Assembly (NCBI GenBank): GCA_050230475.1
Contig: JBFLGF010000022.1
Span: 1-64,000, forward strand
Origin: Ancylonema sp.
Taxonomy: Eukaryota
DNA: 64,000 bases
Direction: 5' to 3'
Position numbers and translations under genes: made by a program. Below the pieces are notes generated by a model. It saw only the letters and a program-made list of their open reading frames with translations, was not told the DNA's origin and searched no databases. Shown here piece after piece: positions 36,936 through 50,696 of this stretch (positions are counted from its first letter, which is position 1; the number at the start of each line of letters is the position of its first letter).

Positions 36936-39900
36936 GTTGTTCGCTATTCACCAGTTCCACTATTTGTTCAGGCTCATAAAATGGTTGATTTGAGCCATGA
37001 TCCCCAACGCGAATCATTGTGGTGGCTGGAGGTCATCGATGCAAACGAGAAGATATATCAGTCGTGAGAAATCGGGAGCCATCAGCAATGGCAATTCCGA
37101 GCATTTGATGGAGGTGGGTACTATTCTTGGGAAGCCATGAGCATCGATTGTAGTGATTGCCTCGAGTCCGAGGAATAAGAGTCAGTGTCCCGTTCAGTTC
37201 GGGTGTCACCCCGACGGAAGGACCTCTAAGAGCCATTCCGGATGAGATGCGTGGGCGCATTGTGCACAAATGTTCGGAGTTTGTGGTGTTCGACATCGCG
37301 TGTCCGCTCGTCCATACCTTTGTGATCCGGGGGTGGGGCAATGCAAGCTTAAAATGGTAACGAAATTATGAGAAGATGGCATCTAAGAATGGTCCATTGC
37401 TTAACAAGATTCGATAGGAAGAATTGGATTTATAGATACAATCATGAATGCAGTGTAGTTTGTAGAGATGTATGTTGACAATCGTAAGAAAAGCGACTCA
37501 ACTCGATATTTCTTCACTTGTGAATTTTGTTTGTGTGGTGCATTCGAGCTTTTTCCTTCACATTAAAGGTGTGATAAATGGTAAAGATACAAACGTATGC
37601 TCCAAGTATATGGGATATGGGAGATTAACTTCCTCGAGATGACGTAGTCGAAGGAAAGAGTGCAAGAAGTTCAAATTGATAGCTTGATTCCTCAACAAAG
37701 GGGGTAGGAAGGCAAGTTATGTGATTCGTAAACAAAAATTATTCTTTACGTCTCACACTCTTTCTACTATGTTGGCGAGGTTCAAGCATAGGTCCTCGTT
37801 ATTGCCTGGTCTCCCTACCTCTTTCACGTTGCCCTGTTGGCATGATGATGATGGTATTTAAATAATGTTGCCACTATCATAATATGCATCCCGGGATCCA
37901 TCGAATTAGGCAAGCTTGGATGCAGATATTGTGGCCCCGGACAATTGATGGAAACACCAAAATGAAACCGAAATTCCGATTGATTATTTCTTGGAATATT
38001 TTATAACATACGTTTTACTTACCGGGCACATATTACTTCGTGTGAGCAACACTTAACCATTGTGGTACGGACCGAAATGTAGAATACTGGTTCCAACAAA
38101 TTTTCCACAATCTCTTAGGGCTTAAGGCATCCCTCATGGAACTTTTTTTTCGGTATGAAGTTCACTCGAGCAACAACACCTAGTGGTGGCACAACATGGG
38201 AGACCACATGGCACGCATCATCCGAGCTTGCATCCCTTATTCGATTCAAATGCAATGGTTGTCGCAAACAACTCTATCAACAATCTGTCACAATTCGGTC
38301 AGAGAATCTTTGATCCGTCGCCCATGTGGGTTCAGTGATGCACCGGGACGACAAAAATGCTTGCAAACGCCATATTCCAAACTCGTACGTACGGAATACG
38401 TGCGTACAGCGAAAGTTGCGATCGGCATTTGCAAAACTTTGCATTTGCAAACGTTTTGCAAACGTTCCAATTTGCAAACATTTTGCAAACGTCCGCAGCG
38501 TATTTCTTTAATTTACTCGTAGTACACTTCTGGTAGCTAAAGTGTCAAAGTTTGTAAGACTCGTCATCATTGGTTCATGACGTTCACCACCAAAGCATAA
38601 CCAACATTTTGTGAAACTTCCAAAAAAGAAAATAAACTACACGCAAACGTTTGCGATCGCAAACGTTTGCATCCGTATAATCCGTAGAAACGCCACACGT
38701 AGTTCACGAGCGTCTACTAGTACATCAAAGCTTCTGGAATGTCGTGCAAAACAAGAGCTGTGGTTCATAATCCGATTTGGTGTCGTTTTCACCACGATTG
38801 GAAAATATTTCATGCACGATTACAAGTCACTCCTCCGCAAGCGCCATGTTTTTGTTTCCCCGAGTATGGTTGGAGAATATCCGATCGCGTTCCGATCATG
38901 ATCGGACCCGAAATGAAATATATTTTACAATACAACAATGAGTATTATTGAAACCCTTAAGCTCTCCGGATCTTCCTCGTTGTGGTTTAAAATTGGAAAA
39001 TGTTTTTTATTAGAGAGTCCCTCAAAGACCGCAGTCTTCGAGAGAATCTCGCGAGTCTCAGTTTGATCACTGATTTGGAAACGGTTGTTGTAAAATTTTG
39101 ACATTCGGAACTCGGAATTTGGGTCTTTGTACATCAAAGCCCCCGGTCGAAGTTTCATTGCTCAATTACGCTTGTACTTCAGTTTTTACCTTGAGATTCA
39201 TGTCCCGTCACTCTTGAATAGTATAGAAAAGAATTTACTCACATCCTTCCACTTGAACGTACCCATCATGTAGGGTGCACTCATTGTGTGTTGAGTGTCT
39301 TGAAACAATAGAGACTCTATATGTGGAATTAGAAGATTGTCGAAGAAAAGTCGAAAAAAAAGGTGTGAATTGTAATATATAATTTCTTGTCGGCTCTCAC
39401 TCGGATGTCGACAAAGGGGAATCTGGAGACCTTAATACCCGACCCGCATCGTCCCATTTAACTTCCTAAAACAATGGGCATTTTTTCGATACTCTCTTCT
39501 CACGCCACTCCTTGTATGTCTTTAAACACCCCCTTATCATCAAATTTCGATGACATAACACACGATGTCCACCACAGCACCCGGATCTCCGTCCACTACC
39601 AAATTTGTTGGAAGCGTAGCGACTACTCGTATTTCTGCAAGGTTGTTGTTCATTTAGACATACAAAAAAACGGTGCCTTCGGTGACGACCACGTGTACTT
39701 CTTCACCTTGTTTTCGACAATCGTGTGAATACCACTCGAGGGACAACTTTTGGAGGTTTGTCTTCAGATGCTTTTGGGCACTTCTCTGTCTTGTCCCTAA
39801 ACGTCCAAGTTTAAGCCGTCCCAATGAAGGCAATCTCTATAACTTACGTTGGTCCATCTGTTGCCGCACCAATCAAGAGGTGTGTGAGTGGACAAGCCAC

Positions 39901-41454
39901 TCGAATCAAACACATGACGACAAATATCGTACCAAGCAACCTTCCATGCATATAAGTAGAAGAGCACCACCATGCATACGTACATGGTACGCTACACTAT
40001 ACTTGAAGAATGACATTATTAAATAAGGAGAACTTGGGCTCCGAGCTTACTTTGGAGACACAGCTTGAGAGAGCGGAGGGTTGGGAGGATCATTGCGTAT
40101 TCACCGAGGAAAGGGCAGCCCACGACTTGTAGATCCGAAATTCGAGGGGCAACTAGGACGCACGTTTCTAGAGGCGCCTCTCTCTTATTCGCGTTTCCTC
40201 TTATTGCCAATCTGCGAAGACTGTGGCGGTTCAAAGTGAGAGACCTCAAGGCTTAGCTACCCTCTTTTACCTCAAAGTTCTCCAAAAATGAATTTCGAAA
40301 ATAAATTGCATCCTCGAGTGATTAGGGTGGGCAGGGTTGCACAACACGCAATACGCTATCAAGTCGTTGGGGTCCCAATACGCCGTATTTATCGTTAAAC
40401 ATAGGCAATTTGAAATTGTTGTAAAAAAACGCTGGTCAATGTTTAGACTCAACACTCGTCCACCACTGCCTTGGTAACAATGAGTGTCCATCAATCACTA
40501 TTTTAAACATAAATGAGGCGTTGCACCATGAAATTGTGAGAGACGTATGGATTACTATCAAATGCACGAACTCCGAACCGTTTCCGAACCGGATCTTGGA
40601 TGGAACCGGTTCCGACAAAAGTTGCCGCGGTTCGGAACCGCGGGATTTAGGGTTTTACCACTTAAACGGAATTTTGAGGGGCTATATGGCTCGGGAAAAA
40701 TCGACAAATAGCTACTCGCCAATAGCTCCACTCCTATTTTTATCAATTATATTGATACAAAAAGTTTCATGGGTTCTATAAAATGTTGCATCTTCGTTCA
40801 TAAGAAATGGGGATCAGTCGTGGTGAACCAATCCCGTCCTATCTATTTGAACTTGAAAGAAAAATATTACAAATGCTATAATTTCTAGCATGTCATGCAT
40901 AACTCGGAACTGATTATGCTTGACAACTACTAGATACATCCTACTTAAAGTGATCCATGCGCACGGATCACGCTACCTTTAACAGCTCAAGGCCTCTCAC
41001 TCGACAACGTCCTCCATAATCAAAGTACAATGCCCCACAAGTTGCATACCTCTATAAAGAATAGACCATACATCATGAAAAACATCCGATCTTTTTCGTT
41101 CGGAGTGTGCCACTTACTCGGAATGATATTCGAAGACGTGGCTGTCGCATGGAGCACACATTTTCATCACCCCCGCCAAATTCCCAAACTAATATGATCG
41201 CTGAATTGGGCGGTTGGAAGAGGATGACCAAAGAAATCGCACATAGCTTTGGCAATATAGTATTACATCGAAAACTAAGAAAGTAGGATCAAGCGATAAC
41301 GCGATTGCAACGATACTATCTGCGATGGAGACTGATCAAACCGAGGTCAATCGCGAAAGCTCCGATCGCCACATCGTAGGTCATATTAACCTCAACGATG
41401 ACAAACTGTTCACCTTGAAACGACGTAGACGTCGCATATTTTTACACGCACATA

Positions 41455-42387
41455 TTGAAATCGAAAACTCCCCGATTACCAAGTTCTAAAAGTCGGCCGT
41501 GGCACACGACGTGAATTTATGGTCAAGTGGTTGGATTATGGACCTAAACATGACACTTGGGAACCAGCGATGGTTATCGAGAAATCAGCGCCTCTGATGG
41601 TAACTAAATTCCTTGCTAGACAAAAAGGCATGTCAAAAGCTAAGGACAACAGTGCGAAGAGTGTTACGCGCACAGTTGGAACAACGTCCTCCGACGGATT
41701 AGTCCAGTCAGGACTGCGGAAACGGAAAAAGTCCAAGTAAATTCTTTTGTGGTCAATGCGGACATTGCCGCTTAAGCGGGGGCGAGTATAACGGAGTGAC
41801 GTGTGCGTTTGTGCATTACTCTTGTTTTGTCGATAATTAAGTTAATTATCGATTGCGCATATAAGCAGAGTTGCTTATAGAGAGGGACGCCGGCCTCGGG
41901 CCTGCGCCCCGCCTACGTATTATAAATACTTGGCGCAAGGTTGCGCCAATTAATACTTGTTTAATATTAGATATTACCGCCCCCGCATGGAGCCGGTAAG
42001 TGTCTATTATTTCGACGGGTCCTTTGACGGGTCAAAATCCCCGTCCGTTCGTACGGATTCAGCCGTACATGACGCAAGTCAACCGTCGTTTGCGGATTCC
42101 ATCCCGCATCGATAGTTCAAGCTCGTAGAGCTTTCCAGTGGCCTGGGCGAGTGGCATGGGCGAACCGCTGTCAGCTGAGGGAGCTTTCTCTCAACTGAAC
42201 ACGAGCTTGTGCACGATTCGATCGTGAGCTCCGCCTTCAAACACGCCGCAGCCTGTAGAGCATTCAGTTGTTGAACAAGCTCTAGCTGGTGCAGAGTGCG
42301 GAAACAACGTGTCGATTACGTTCGAGTCGTATGTGTTTGCTATTTGCAAAGAACGTGATTTATATTGTCCTCTGGCAATATATTACA
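41455..42387 (+). mobile_element. Chromovirus (Ty3/Gypsy) 3' end: chromodomain, PPT and ~600-bp 3' LTR
   Basis: REFMVKWLDYGPKHDTWEP is a chromodomain, with the stop at 41740. PPT AAGCGGGGGCGAG (41774-41786). LTR 41787-42387 runs TATAAC...ATTACA (decayed TGTAA...TTACA). Confidence 0.8.
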
Positions 42388-42683
42388 AAAATCCTTGATT
42401 ATGACGGGGTGGCGGAGGTTCGGTGTAATCTCCCCATTGGACTCCAGTCTTTGGTGATGGAGGAGGAGTTCATATATTTTTGAAACAAATAATGGCTTGC
42501 TCCCTGGTACAAACCCCCTTCGAAGTTTATTACCTACAACATCATATTGAAAAAAACATAAGGTTTTCGATTTTTTGCGTATCTTTGAGTGTATTATAGC
42601 GCATAGAGATTTGATTCGCTAGGAGCAAAATACGCCGATTTAGCGTATGATAACTCAACGTATTGTGCGTTTTGTGCAACCCT

Positions 42684-43760
42684 GAGGGTGGGACCCTCAC
42701 CAACCACCGTCAACCGCCAACCACCAACCACCAACCGGCGGTTGTCCAACCGTTTTTTTTCAGCATGCCCTCTGTCCAACCATGCAACCACTACCCAAAC
42801 TTCTTACCGCTCCATCCGCCGCTTGGCGGTTAGACGGCAATTGGGCGGTTGGACGGCGGTTGGAAATAATCGAAAATTTGCCAAAAAATATGGTGAGAAA
42901 TTATTCGTACGATTTTTTTCGGGGTAGGATTTTTCTCGAGGTTTCTATAATAATTCGTTTCATATAAAAACAAAACCAATAGCGAGCTATGGTAGTTTGC
43001 CTTTTGGAGGTACGGACCACATTCGATACCTCCACACTGATTATAATGACTCCATTTATTTTATTATTTGAGACGATGCCCTCTCATAACCTTGATCTTT
43101 TGTTCGTATCCATCATTCGGAGAGCGTCAATGTAATTTTGTTGTGTGTCAAGGCATACATTATAGAGCCGTCAATCCTCACTTTGTGAATTTAACCCTCT
43201 CGGTACATGTCGGGTAGGCCATTCATGAATGTTTACATAGATCGGACGCTCAAACCTTGCACGACCAAACTTTTGGTCGAAGACAACCTTTTTTTCTGCG
43301 AATAGTAACTTCACGTTGATAGGGGTTTTTATCAATCTTTCAACTCTATATGTCAAAATTATGGCTACCGGATACACATGCCATCCCCGGTTGAAGCAGA
43401 ATATTGTGTCCAATTTGAACAACACTACGATTCAACATATCGATGTGAGCCAAAACACACCACTCACAATCTATAATAATTGAGTGCGTAAGATATTCGT
43501 ATAATCGATGCGTACCCGACCCTGGTAGATCAAATGTTGCCTTACGATATGTGAAAGGCCACGTAATACATGTTTCCCCCCCCCCCAACCGTTGGTTATC
43601 CAACCGTTCCAAGCGCCGTCCAACCGGCCAATCTCCCCAACCAGACAACCTCCCAAGCGGTTGGGCGGCTGGGTCGCAATTGGTTTCTAGGGGTTGTTTT
43701 GCCGGCGGATTTTTCCGCCAGGAAAAAATCCACAGAAACGCAATAAAATCGCCGAAGATC
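42684..43760. repeat. MITE-like remnant with CAACC/GGTTG subterminal arrays
   Basis: Dense CCAACCG/CGGTTGG motifs at 42700-42865 and 43585-43670. TIR and TSD not resolved. Confidence 0.45.
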
Positions 43761-44389
43761 ATGACCCGGGTTTGAAAAAAAACAAATAGTTACCGTGGTT
43801 GACTCACCAATTAAACCACCCGCGCGCCAATTAACCTGTGAAAAGTTTCCCAATTCCTGGATTTCAATCTCCATATGATAACCCACATGTGAAATGACAT
43901 TCTTTCACCAACTACTATTCTGATGACCTACCCTTTTTTGTTTTTTTCCGGGGGTCATTATCTCCGGCTAGCACGGGTACATATTTACCATCCGAAGCAT
44001 GCAATTGAAGAGGATGACGAGCTTCATGGTTGCTTGACCTTAATTTTTATGGTCGGTAAACTGTAATGATGGGTATGTATGGATAACACAATGACGATTG
44101 GCCTTTCGAATTTGATTGCTCCTCAATTTGAACACAAAAAATGACAAAGTTATAGGAAGGGAAAGGTTTTTCACCCATAAACTTTCGTAAAATTGAAAGC
44201 TTATTACTTATTTGCATCATCTCACTGTGAGGTGATGAATACTTTGTAGAGTTGTCGAGTGTACTTTAAAAATACACGTGGCTGAATCTAAAGATGTCGC
44301 AGCATATTGTCATGCATGACTTTCAAGATTGAATATAAGTCGAAAGTCTTCGAGAGGATGTATTTTTTTCAAAATTCTACAAAACAGTC

Positions 44390-44726
44390 ACTACATGAAG
44401 AAAGGGGGGAAATACGAAGATGGGGGGGGGGGGGGGGGATGTATAAATTTTGATTTCATCCAATTGGGAAAAAATATCCCAATATCCCGAAGTGTATTTC
44501 TTACACCATGAGTTGAGCAAGCTTCCATCACCGATTGTGTATATGACATATATAGAAATTTTATTGATGCTCATATTTGAATGTGAAACATTCCAATTAT
44601 TCTTAAAAAAACTACGATATAGTAACTACATGCAGAAAGGGGGGGAAAGTGAGGAAGAAGAAGGGGGGGGAAATGTTAGAGTTTTCATTTCATCCAATTG
44701 GGAATATCCCGAAGTGTATTTCTTAC
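44390..44726 (+). repeat. Local direct duplication (~110-bp core, two copies)
   Basis: ACTACATG.AGAAAGGGGGG...ATTTCATCCAATTGGGA...ATATCCCGAAGTGTATTTCTTAC at ~44390-44505 and ~44624-44726. Confidence 0.75.
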
Positions 44727-45728
44727 TGGTTTTTTGTGAAAAACACTCGTACTCCTTGGCATTATAGTTTTCGTAACATGTTCGTTATGACAATCTTTTT
44801 TTTTTTCATTTTTGTACGAAGCAAAAGAAAAAGTATTCGCGAAAAATAGATTTGTGTTTTTAATCTCTGTTGAAATTTTATTAAAACCCCCTCAAACATA
44901 CATTACCCTAAAAAGGTGCTCTAGGTTTTTGGATTTTAAGGGCGAACCCCGGTCTGCGTACGGATTTCGGAACCACGATCGGTCGATTACTACAACTATA
45001 GTATTTTCCCAAAGGTATAGAACGCGATAAAACTTTAGGTTACTATGACGAGATTGCTATTATATCGAGGTATATATCTAGGGACTCTATCACCACGTCC
45101 GGAATTTCATCTTCCTTTGCGGGATTTCATTCTCCTACTTCCTGACTAGGAACCGGTTTGCGACGTGGGTAACTACGGAGAATTATAAATAAGGTGATAC
45201 TACCCACAAATAACACCCACACTCCAATCACAAGTAGATGCATATCAAATGTATATGATAGTTGGAGCCAATTTGCATAAGAACCCAACAATAAACTAAA
45301 GTAAAACATGGTTGAGGTCATAGAGATCTCTTCTTGAAGATGCATCCCCTCCACGCATTCGCTCTCACACAACAAAGCTAGTGCAAAGTACGCCTTCTTG
45401 TTGAACATTCTTTGTCCTCCAAATTCTACGTATAAAATCTTGCTCACTCAACGACATCTTGTCGCAACACCTTGCTTTACCCTCCACTCACAAACTTCCC
45501 TTTTACCTCCACGTCTGCCATGCTTAGTGCTACAATCCACTCTCCCTCCCCTACTACTCAAACCGTGAGACGTACCACAATTTCCTCCACCTATCCTCCT
45601 ATCTTGCTCACTTTTTTTTTTTTTTTTTTTAAATGCCTTCATATAACGCACCCCACCTACTTGCAAATTACAAACCGGAGAAATTGAGGAGTGAAGAGAA
45701 TTGAGTTGTTCAAAAAGTGTGCAGCAAG

Positions 45729-47101
45729 CTACGAATCGATAAAAATAAACTTATACTCGCTTTTTGGCATTTCCAAAATTCTCCCTAAATTCGAGCCAAT
45801 CTTTGCGGTTGTCCGGCTTAATAGTGCTCTTTCTACACGCGGCTTGATGCACCTCTCTAGACCATTCATTGAAATCTCCCAAGTGTAATGTAGCATGTGA
45901 GCCAGGCTGATTCCTTTGCTACACAGATAGACAAACTTAGGAAACAAATTTTCCAATCGTCGCGTGAGTAAAACCGGGTACTTTTGACATATTCCAGGAC
46001 CGAGAGCCGAGTTGAAAGCTTTGACTTTGTCTGCTATTGTAATTTCGCAATATGTAAGGATCTTTGGGTGCTTCTCTACAAGATCCCTATCCACTACAAA
46101 CCCTAAAGTCCCTAACAAGTTCACCCTCATCTCGAGAGTTTGCAAGTTGAGACAGGACTATTCCGGAAATTTTGTGACCACCTTTCCCACTTGCTTCACC
46201 CCTATTTTATCTCGGAGAAACAAGAGGATTTTCCTCACGCTACCTGGAGTTGTACCAAAGAAAAGAATGTCTCTAAACCTATCTCTTAGTTTGGGAATCA
46301 CTTGCATGAGGAGAAGTGTGTCCATGCCGAACTCATGAAAATTTCGAGCATGCTCCATCAAGATCGGAGCCACTCGTTCCTCCCGAAACTCGAGTTGACG
46401 AGCAAACATGTCCACCGCCTCCTCTTTTGTGGCCCCGAGGGCAAGAAGCATTCTCAAATTTTCTACCCTCCACGGAGTCACATGTGCTCTTGGATAGCAT
46501 TTCAGTACTTTCCGCATCCATATAGCCTCGTCCTCACTCACAGCCTTTTTCTTCACATTTCCCCAATCCCACATCTCCTCACTACCACAGCCCACCCCAC
46601 CCTCGAGCGCCCCACCGATATATTCATTCGAAACTGCAAATGGTTTTGACTCCGTACGCCTCATACGTCCATCGATATTCTTGCCACCCTCTTCTCGATC
46701 CCCGTCTGTCTGCGTTACCACTCCTCTAGTCCTCGTTGGGTTTTCCTTGCCAAATGACCCTACGTCAGTACTATCGAGACTCTTCTGAACCTCTGGAGAT
46801 TCACGTTCTCCACGACTTGCAGCAGTTGACAACGCCCTGCAGCAGTTGACAACGTCCTGAACCCTGATCTGCAATGCTGTGGAGAAGATGTTATACTAGG
46901 CAGGAAGGAACTCTTTGAATTCCACTGTCTCCACGTGCACATCTGCTGCACTTTGATACCGTGGACTGGTGCGGGGCACCTGCCGCTATGAATGAGTCCA
47001 CCCTCAGACAGTACATGCTGCAGTGTGCCGATCTTTTCTACATGCCGCGATGAAACTCGGCCGGGGCACAATCGCGACAGTAACTTCAGAGCTGAATTCA
47101 T
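45729..47101 (-). pseudogene. mTERF-family gene, disrupted
   Basis: mTERF-like repeats (KVVTKFPE*..LNLQTLEMRVNLL, EKHPKILTY, QKYPVLL...LFPKFVYL, IKPRV) and a transit-peptide-like N-terminus. In-frame TAG at 46158-46160 and a 20-bp duplication frameshift at 46818-46857. Confidence 0.75.
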
Positions 47102-48436
47102 TGGAGATTCTGGAAACGCGCTGACTTGAAAGTGGCGGTCACAACAAGCAGCACTAGTCAGCGACAGGATGACCTGCAAACCTGAGGACGCAAGAGGAAA
47201 TTAGGCAAATCATCATCTCGAATCGAGGGCAACTAGATCATCGGAGACCTTCAGCGTCCGCTTCGCTTCTCGGTTTCCAACTTGGAAACCATTGTCTTGG
47301 AGTCTCCAAGACGATGGCAGGACAGGAAAACAATAAATTTGTGCATGTCTAGTAGGGGGCCCGACCGCCAGACACCTAACTGCCTTCGACCGCCTTCGAC
47401 CCGCCAACACCCCCGTCCACCCACAACCCGCCCATCCGCGATGCACCCGCCGACTCGCCAAAAATGGCGGGTGCGCGGGGTAAATGGACATTATGAGTAT
47501 GACAACTCATACAATTACAAATAAAAATGCATATATTTCATTATGTAACGGACAACATGGAAAGAGATATCCAATTTCTCAGTTTCCAGAAAATTCGGAC
47601 ATGTCCCTTGTTGCAAGGGATTTACACTTGAAACAATACACCAAACGGACATTACTCGGATGTATCATGTGTACATCTAAGGGGAGATTTGTAGAGCGAG
47701 TTAGAAGTTAATTGATTTTTGGTGAGGATAGCGGTGGCCGTTGCCATTCTATACAGTTGACCCTGTCGTAGTCCTCGTGTCCTTGTACTACGTGTGAGGC
47801 ACCGTTATCGAGGAACGGGTGGGTATATTCGGTCTAGCGGACCTTGTGTCGATGTATAGGGGTAAAATGTTCTATACGCCTCTGTGAAAATATGGTGACT
47901 TAAAAGCTTATGCGGATCTTCTTAGGGCTTAAGTATGAGAGAGTTAGGGGTTCCCTCAACCTTCGAGTGAACGATCGGGATTACTCAGTCAATAGTCAAT
48001 AGTCAATAGTCTCGCCGCTAGTAAGACTTTTGGCTCAACCGCCACTCTTCGAGTGGGTCAGTGCTCCACCATTGTACGTCTAGGGTTGGACTCTTGTATT
48101 CACTTTCCGACAACAATTCCCGGACGACGTTAATTCGATTTTGTGCACTTGCAATCGTCATTCTTGGACGATCTGTTATTCTTGTCGTAGCTAGCACGCC
48201 CGGATCCTCCTTGTGTGCTAGCCTCGCTTCGAACTTTTTGCACCAAGAGCTTACCGTGCTTAGAATATTTGTTGTCGGAAAGTCGAACCACGCGGATCGG
48301 ATACTTCAGCGGTCTTGCTTGACCATGGATGTCCTGGTCACGCATCGAAGTCCTAATTCTTGTAGATTTAGTCTTAAAATCACTAGAAAGCGTTGTTATA
48401 TCGCCCTACGGCGATATACCAATGCCACCTTCGAAG

Positions 48437-49137
48437 CATAGTGGGTCGCGCTCCGCTCGCGGAATTTGCGAGCCCGGCTTCGAGCCGGCGCGCGTCCGCG
48501 AGCCGCCTGGCAAAAACGAAACATGGAAATGCGACCAAGTAAAAACCCTCCTATGCGAAGCAGGTAGTTACTAATTACCGGAACTTCGGGCAGTACCTCG
48601 GGAACATAGTAACCATATTCTGAAGGTTACCGTGTCCGTTTGATCCGGGTTTTTTTTTGGCACCTGAAAGATTCTGTAGCGAATCTTAAAGATCTTCTGA
48701 CATTACGGGAATCGGACGACATCTGGGGGAGGGACGGGGCACTGAACAATGCTCAGCCGTCAGAGGCGGGATTTCTTCAAAAAAGTGATAGATTCTGTAG
48801 CGCAAATGACAAACTGAATCTATGATAGTCACGAAGGAATGGGAGGACAACGATGGTACGGAAAAATACGATGAACGGGAGACATGCCAAACGACAGAAT
48901 TGTAGCTTGCAAACGACAAGGGGGAATTGCGAACGGGGACGGGATAATGACGGAATACGAAGTGTAATGAAACAGTACTATGCAAGGATGATAGTCCACC
49001 GATTAGCGGGGGACGGGGCTACCATTTGTTTTTTTTGTTTTTTCCTGTGGGCCCCGCTCCACTCGCGGATTTTGCGACGCGCGCGCGCTCCGGCTCCGAG
49101 CCGGTGCGCATATTTTCGGGCTCGGGGACCCACTATG
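48437..49137. mobile_element. hAT-type MITE (701 bp)
   Basis: Perfect TIRs CATAGTGGGTC / GACCCACTATG and perfect 8-bp TSD CTTCGAAG (48429-48436, 49138-49145). Confidence 0.93.
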
Positions 49138-50696
49138 CTTCGAAGTAAGTATAACGGACCTCCATGATGGCATTCAAGGCTACAAGTCTGCCAATGTGTA
49201 TAGAAAATGCGGCGATGGATTACGTTATAATGTGACTGCGCAATCAACGATGCTTCCAATCGTTTTTTCTTTGTTTGTCACTTCGACTTTGTTTTTTTTC
49301 AACACTATAGACACCACTTGTTAAATTCTCGCTCCAAGTTTTCCAATGCCATACGCTCAAATAGGTATTGGGAAAACAGGACATTTTCCTTACCGATGAG
49401 ATAGTGAAAGACGTAGGAGATCAAACATGCATGATATAGTGAATGTGGTGGTTGCACATGGGTTCTTCCAAAGGTGGTGAGTCCCGTTTTGTCAAATCAT
49501 TTCGAAATTATGCTTCAAACACATTTATCCATTGGAATGACAAGTTTTTGGGGGCACCCTTGTGTTCAAAACTACCAAACGAACCAAAAATATACATACC
49601 TTCGCAATTTAGCGATTGACGTGCGACCCCTAATTAGGGTTTTTTAGGTAACCCTCCAAAGTGCAATTTAAGGCCTAATTTGTCATCCCTGAGTGCATGT
49701 TGTGTTTTGAACGTGATAAATGAAGATAATCATAACCAACGAAGTTTGTGAACACATGTCATATCACCTCGCATCAGGGTCACACGATACACAATACGCA
49801 AACAATACGTTTGAAGTCAAAATTCGGCGTATTTAGCGTATTTAATGAAATTCATGTGAGACTCGCATGTTGGTTCTACCTACACTGAAGCCCATGTGTT
49901 GCCGATTCTTGTTTGACCTATCACCTTCCGATATGTTTTATCGCACACAATCTCTCGCTTTTTCATGTACCTCTCTCTACCATAATTGTGGCCAATCCGT
50001 AATCCACTTCGGGCGGATGCGAATACGCGTCGCATCGGAGATACTCCATTCGGATCGGGTCCAATTCAGGGGGGGGGGACATCGTCACCGCATGCCTGAA
50101 TTGAACTCGTCGGCTCAGAATATCCTGGCAGCCTTCCGAAGTAGAGTTCTATTCTAACCAACCGTATATTCCCGCTCTATTGGTGATCAATGAAGAATTT
50201 GTCAGCACTTCGAGAACCTTCTTCTTTTTGTGCATACTCGGATTTTTTATTGATTGATTTTTGATTTGATTGTGGTGCTCCTTTCTTGAAGTCTATTGCA
50301 GTATAGTCTAGGGGTACAGAGTATAGATCGCCCTCATCTCATTCTGCATTCCTGGGCGGCTCACACAGAGTAGACTACGGTCGATGATGGAACTCACCAC
50401 AAGGCTTTGATTGGTTTCGGAAACCCAGTTGCGTAAGCGACATCAACACTCCTTTCTGTAAAAATATCGTTCTACATTCAAACTCCCTTCTGATATATTT
50501 CCCCACTTTACACCATTCTGTATCTGTGGTTGAACCATCTGTCTGCGAACTCCAATGAAGGCGGTGCCCAACCACAAATGTTCCAAATACAGGAAGAGAC
50601 CGCATCCTGACAGTTTGGGGAAATTTCAGCCAAGGTGCCTCAGGGCAGTAGCAACCTTTTGGCCCTATCCTATCCTCTCCTCTCCTATCCTATTTT

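Noticed and set aside
38880..40270. Possible further retroelement or transposase fragments
   Set aside because: Only vague motif echoes, too degenerate to support a call.
46158..46160. Stop-codon reassignment or readthrough as an explanation of in-frame TAG/TGA
   Set aside because: Intact genes here end at TAG (cyanase, MBS1) and TGA (SCS-beta, NUP93), and the in-frame stops occur only in loci that are also frameshifted.
48465..48495. GCTTCGAGCC T-loop-like motif suggesting a tRNA
   Set aside because: No cloverleaf, and it is part of the MITE subterminal CGAGCC repeats.
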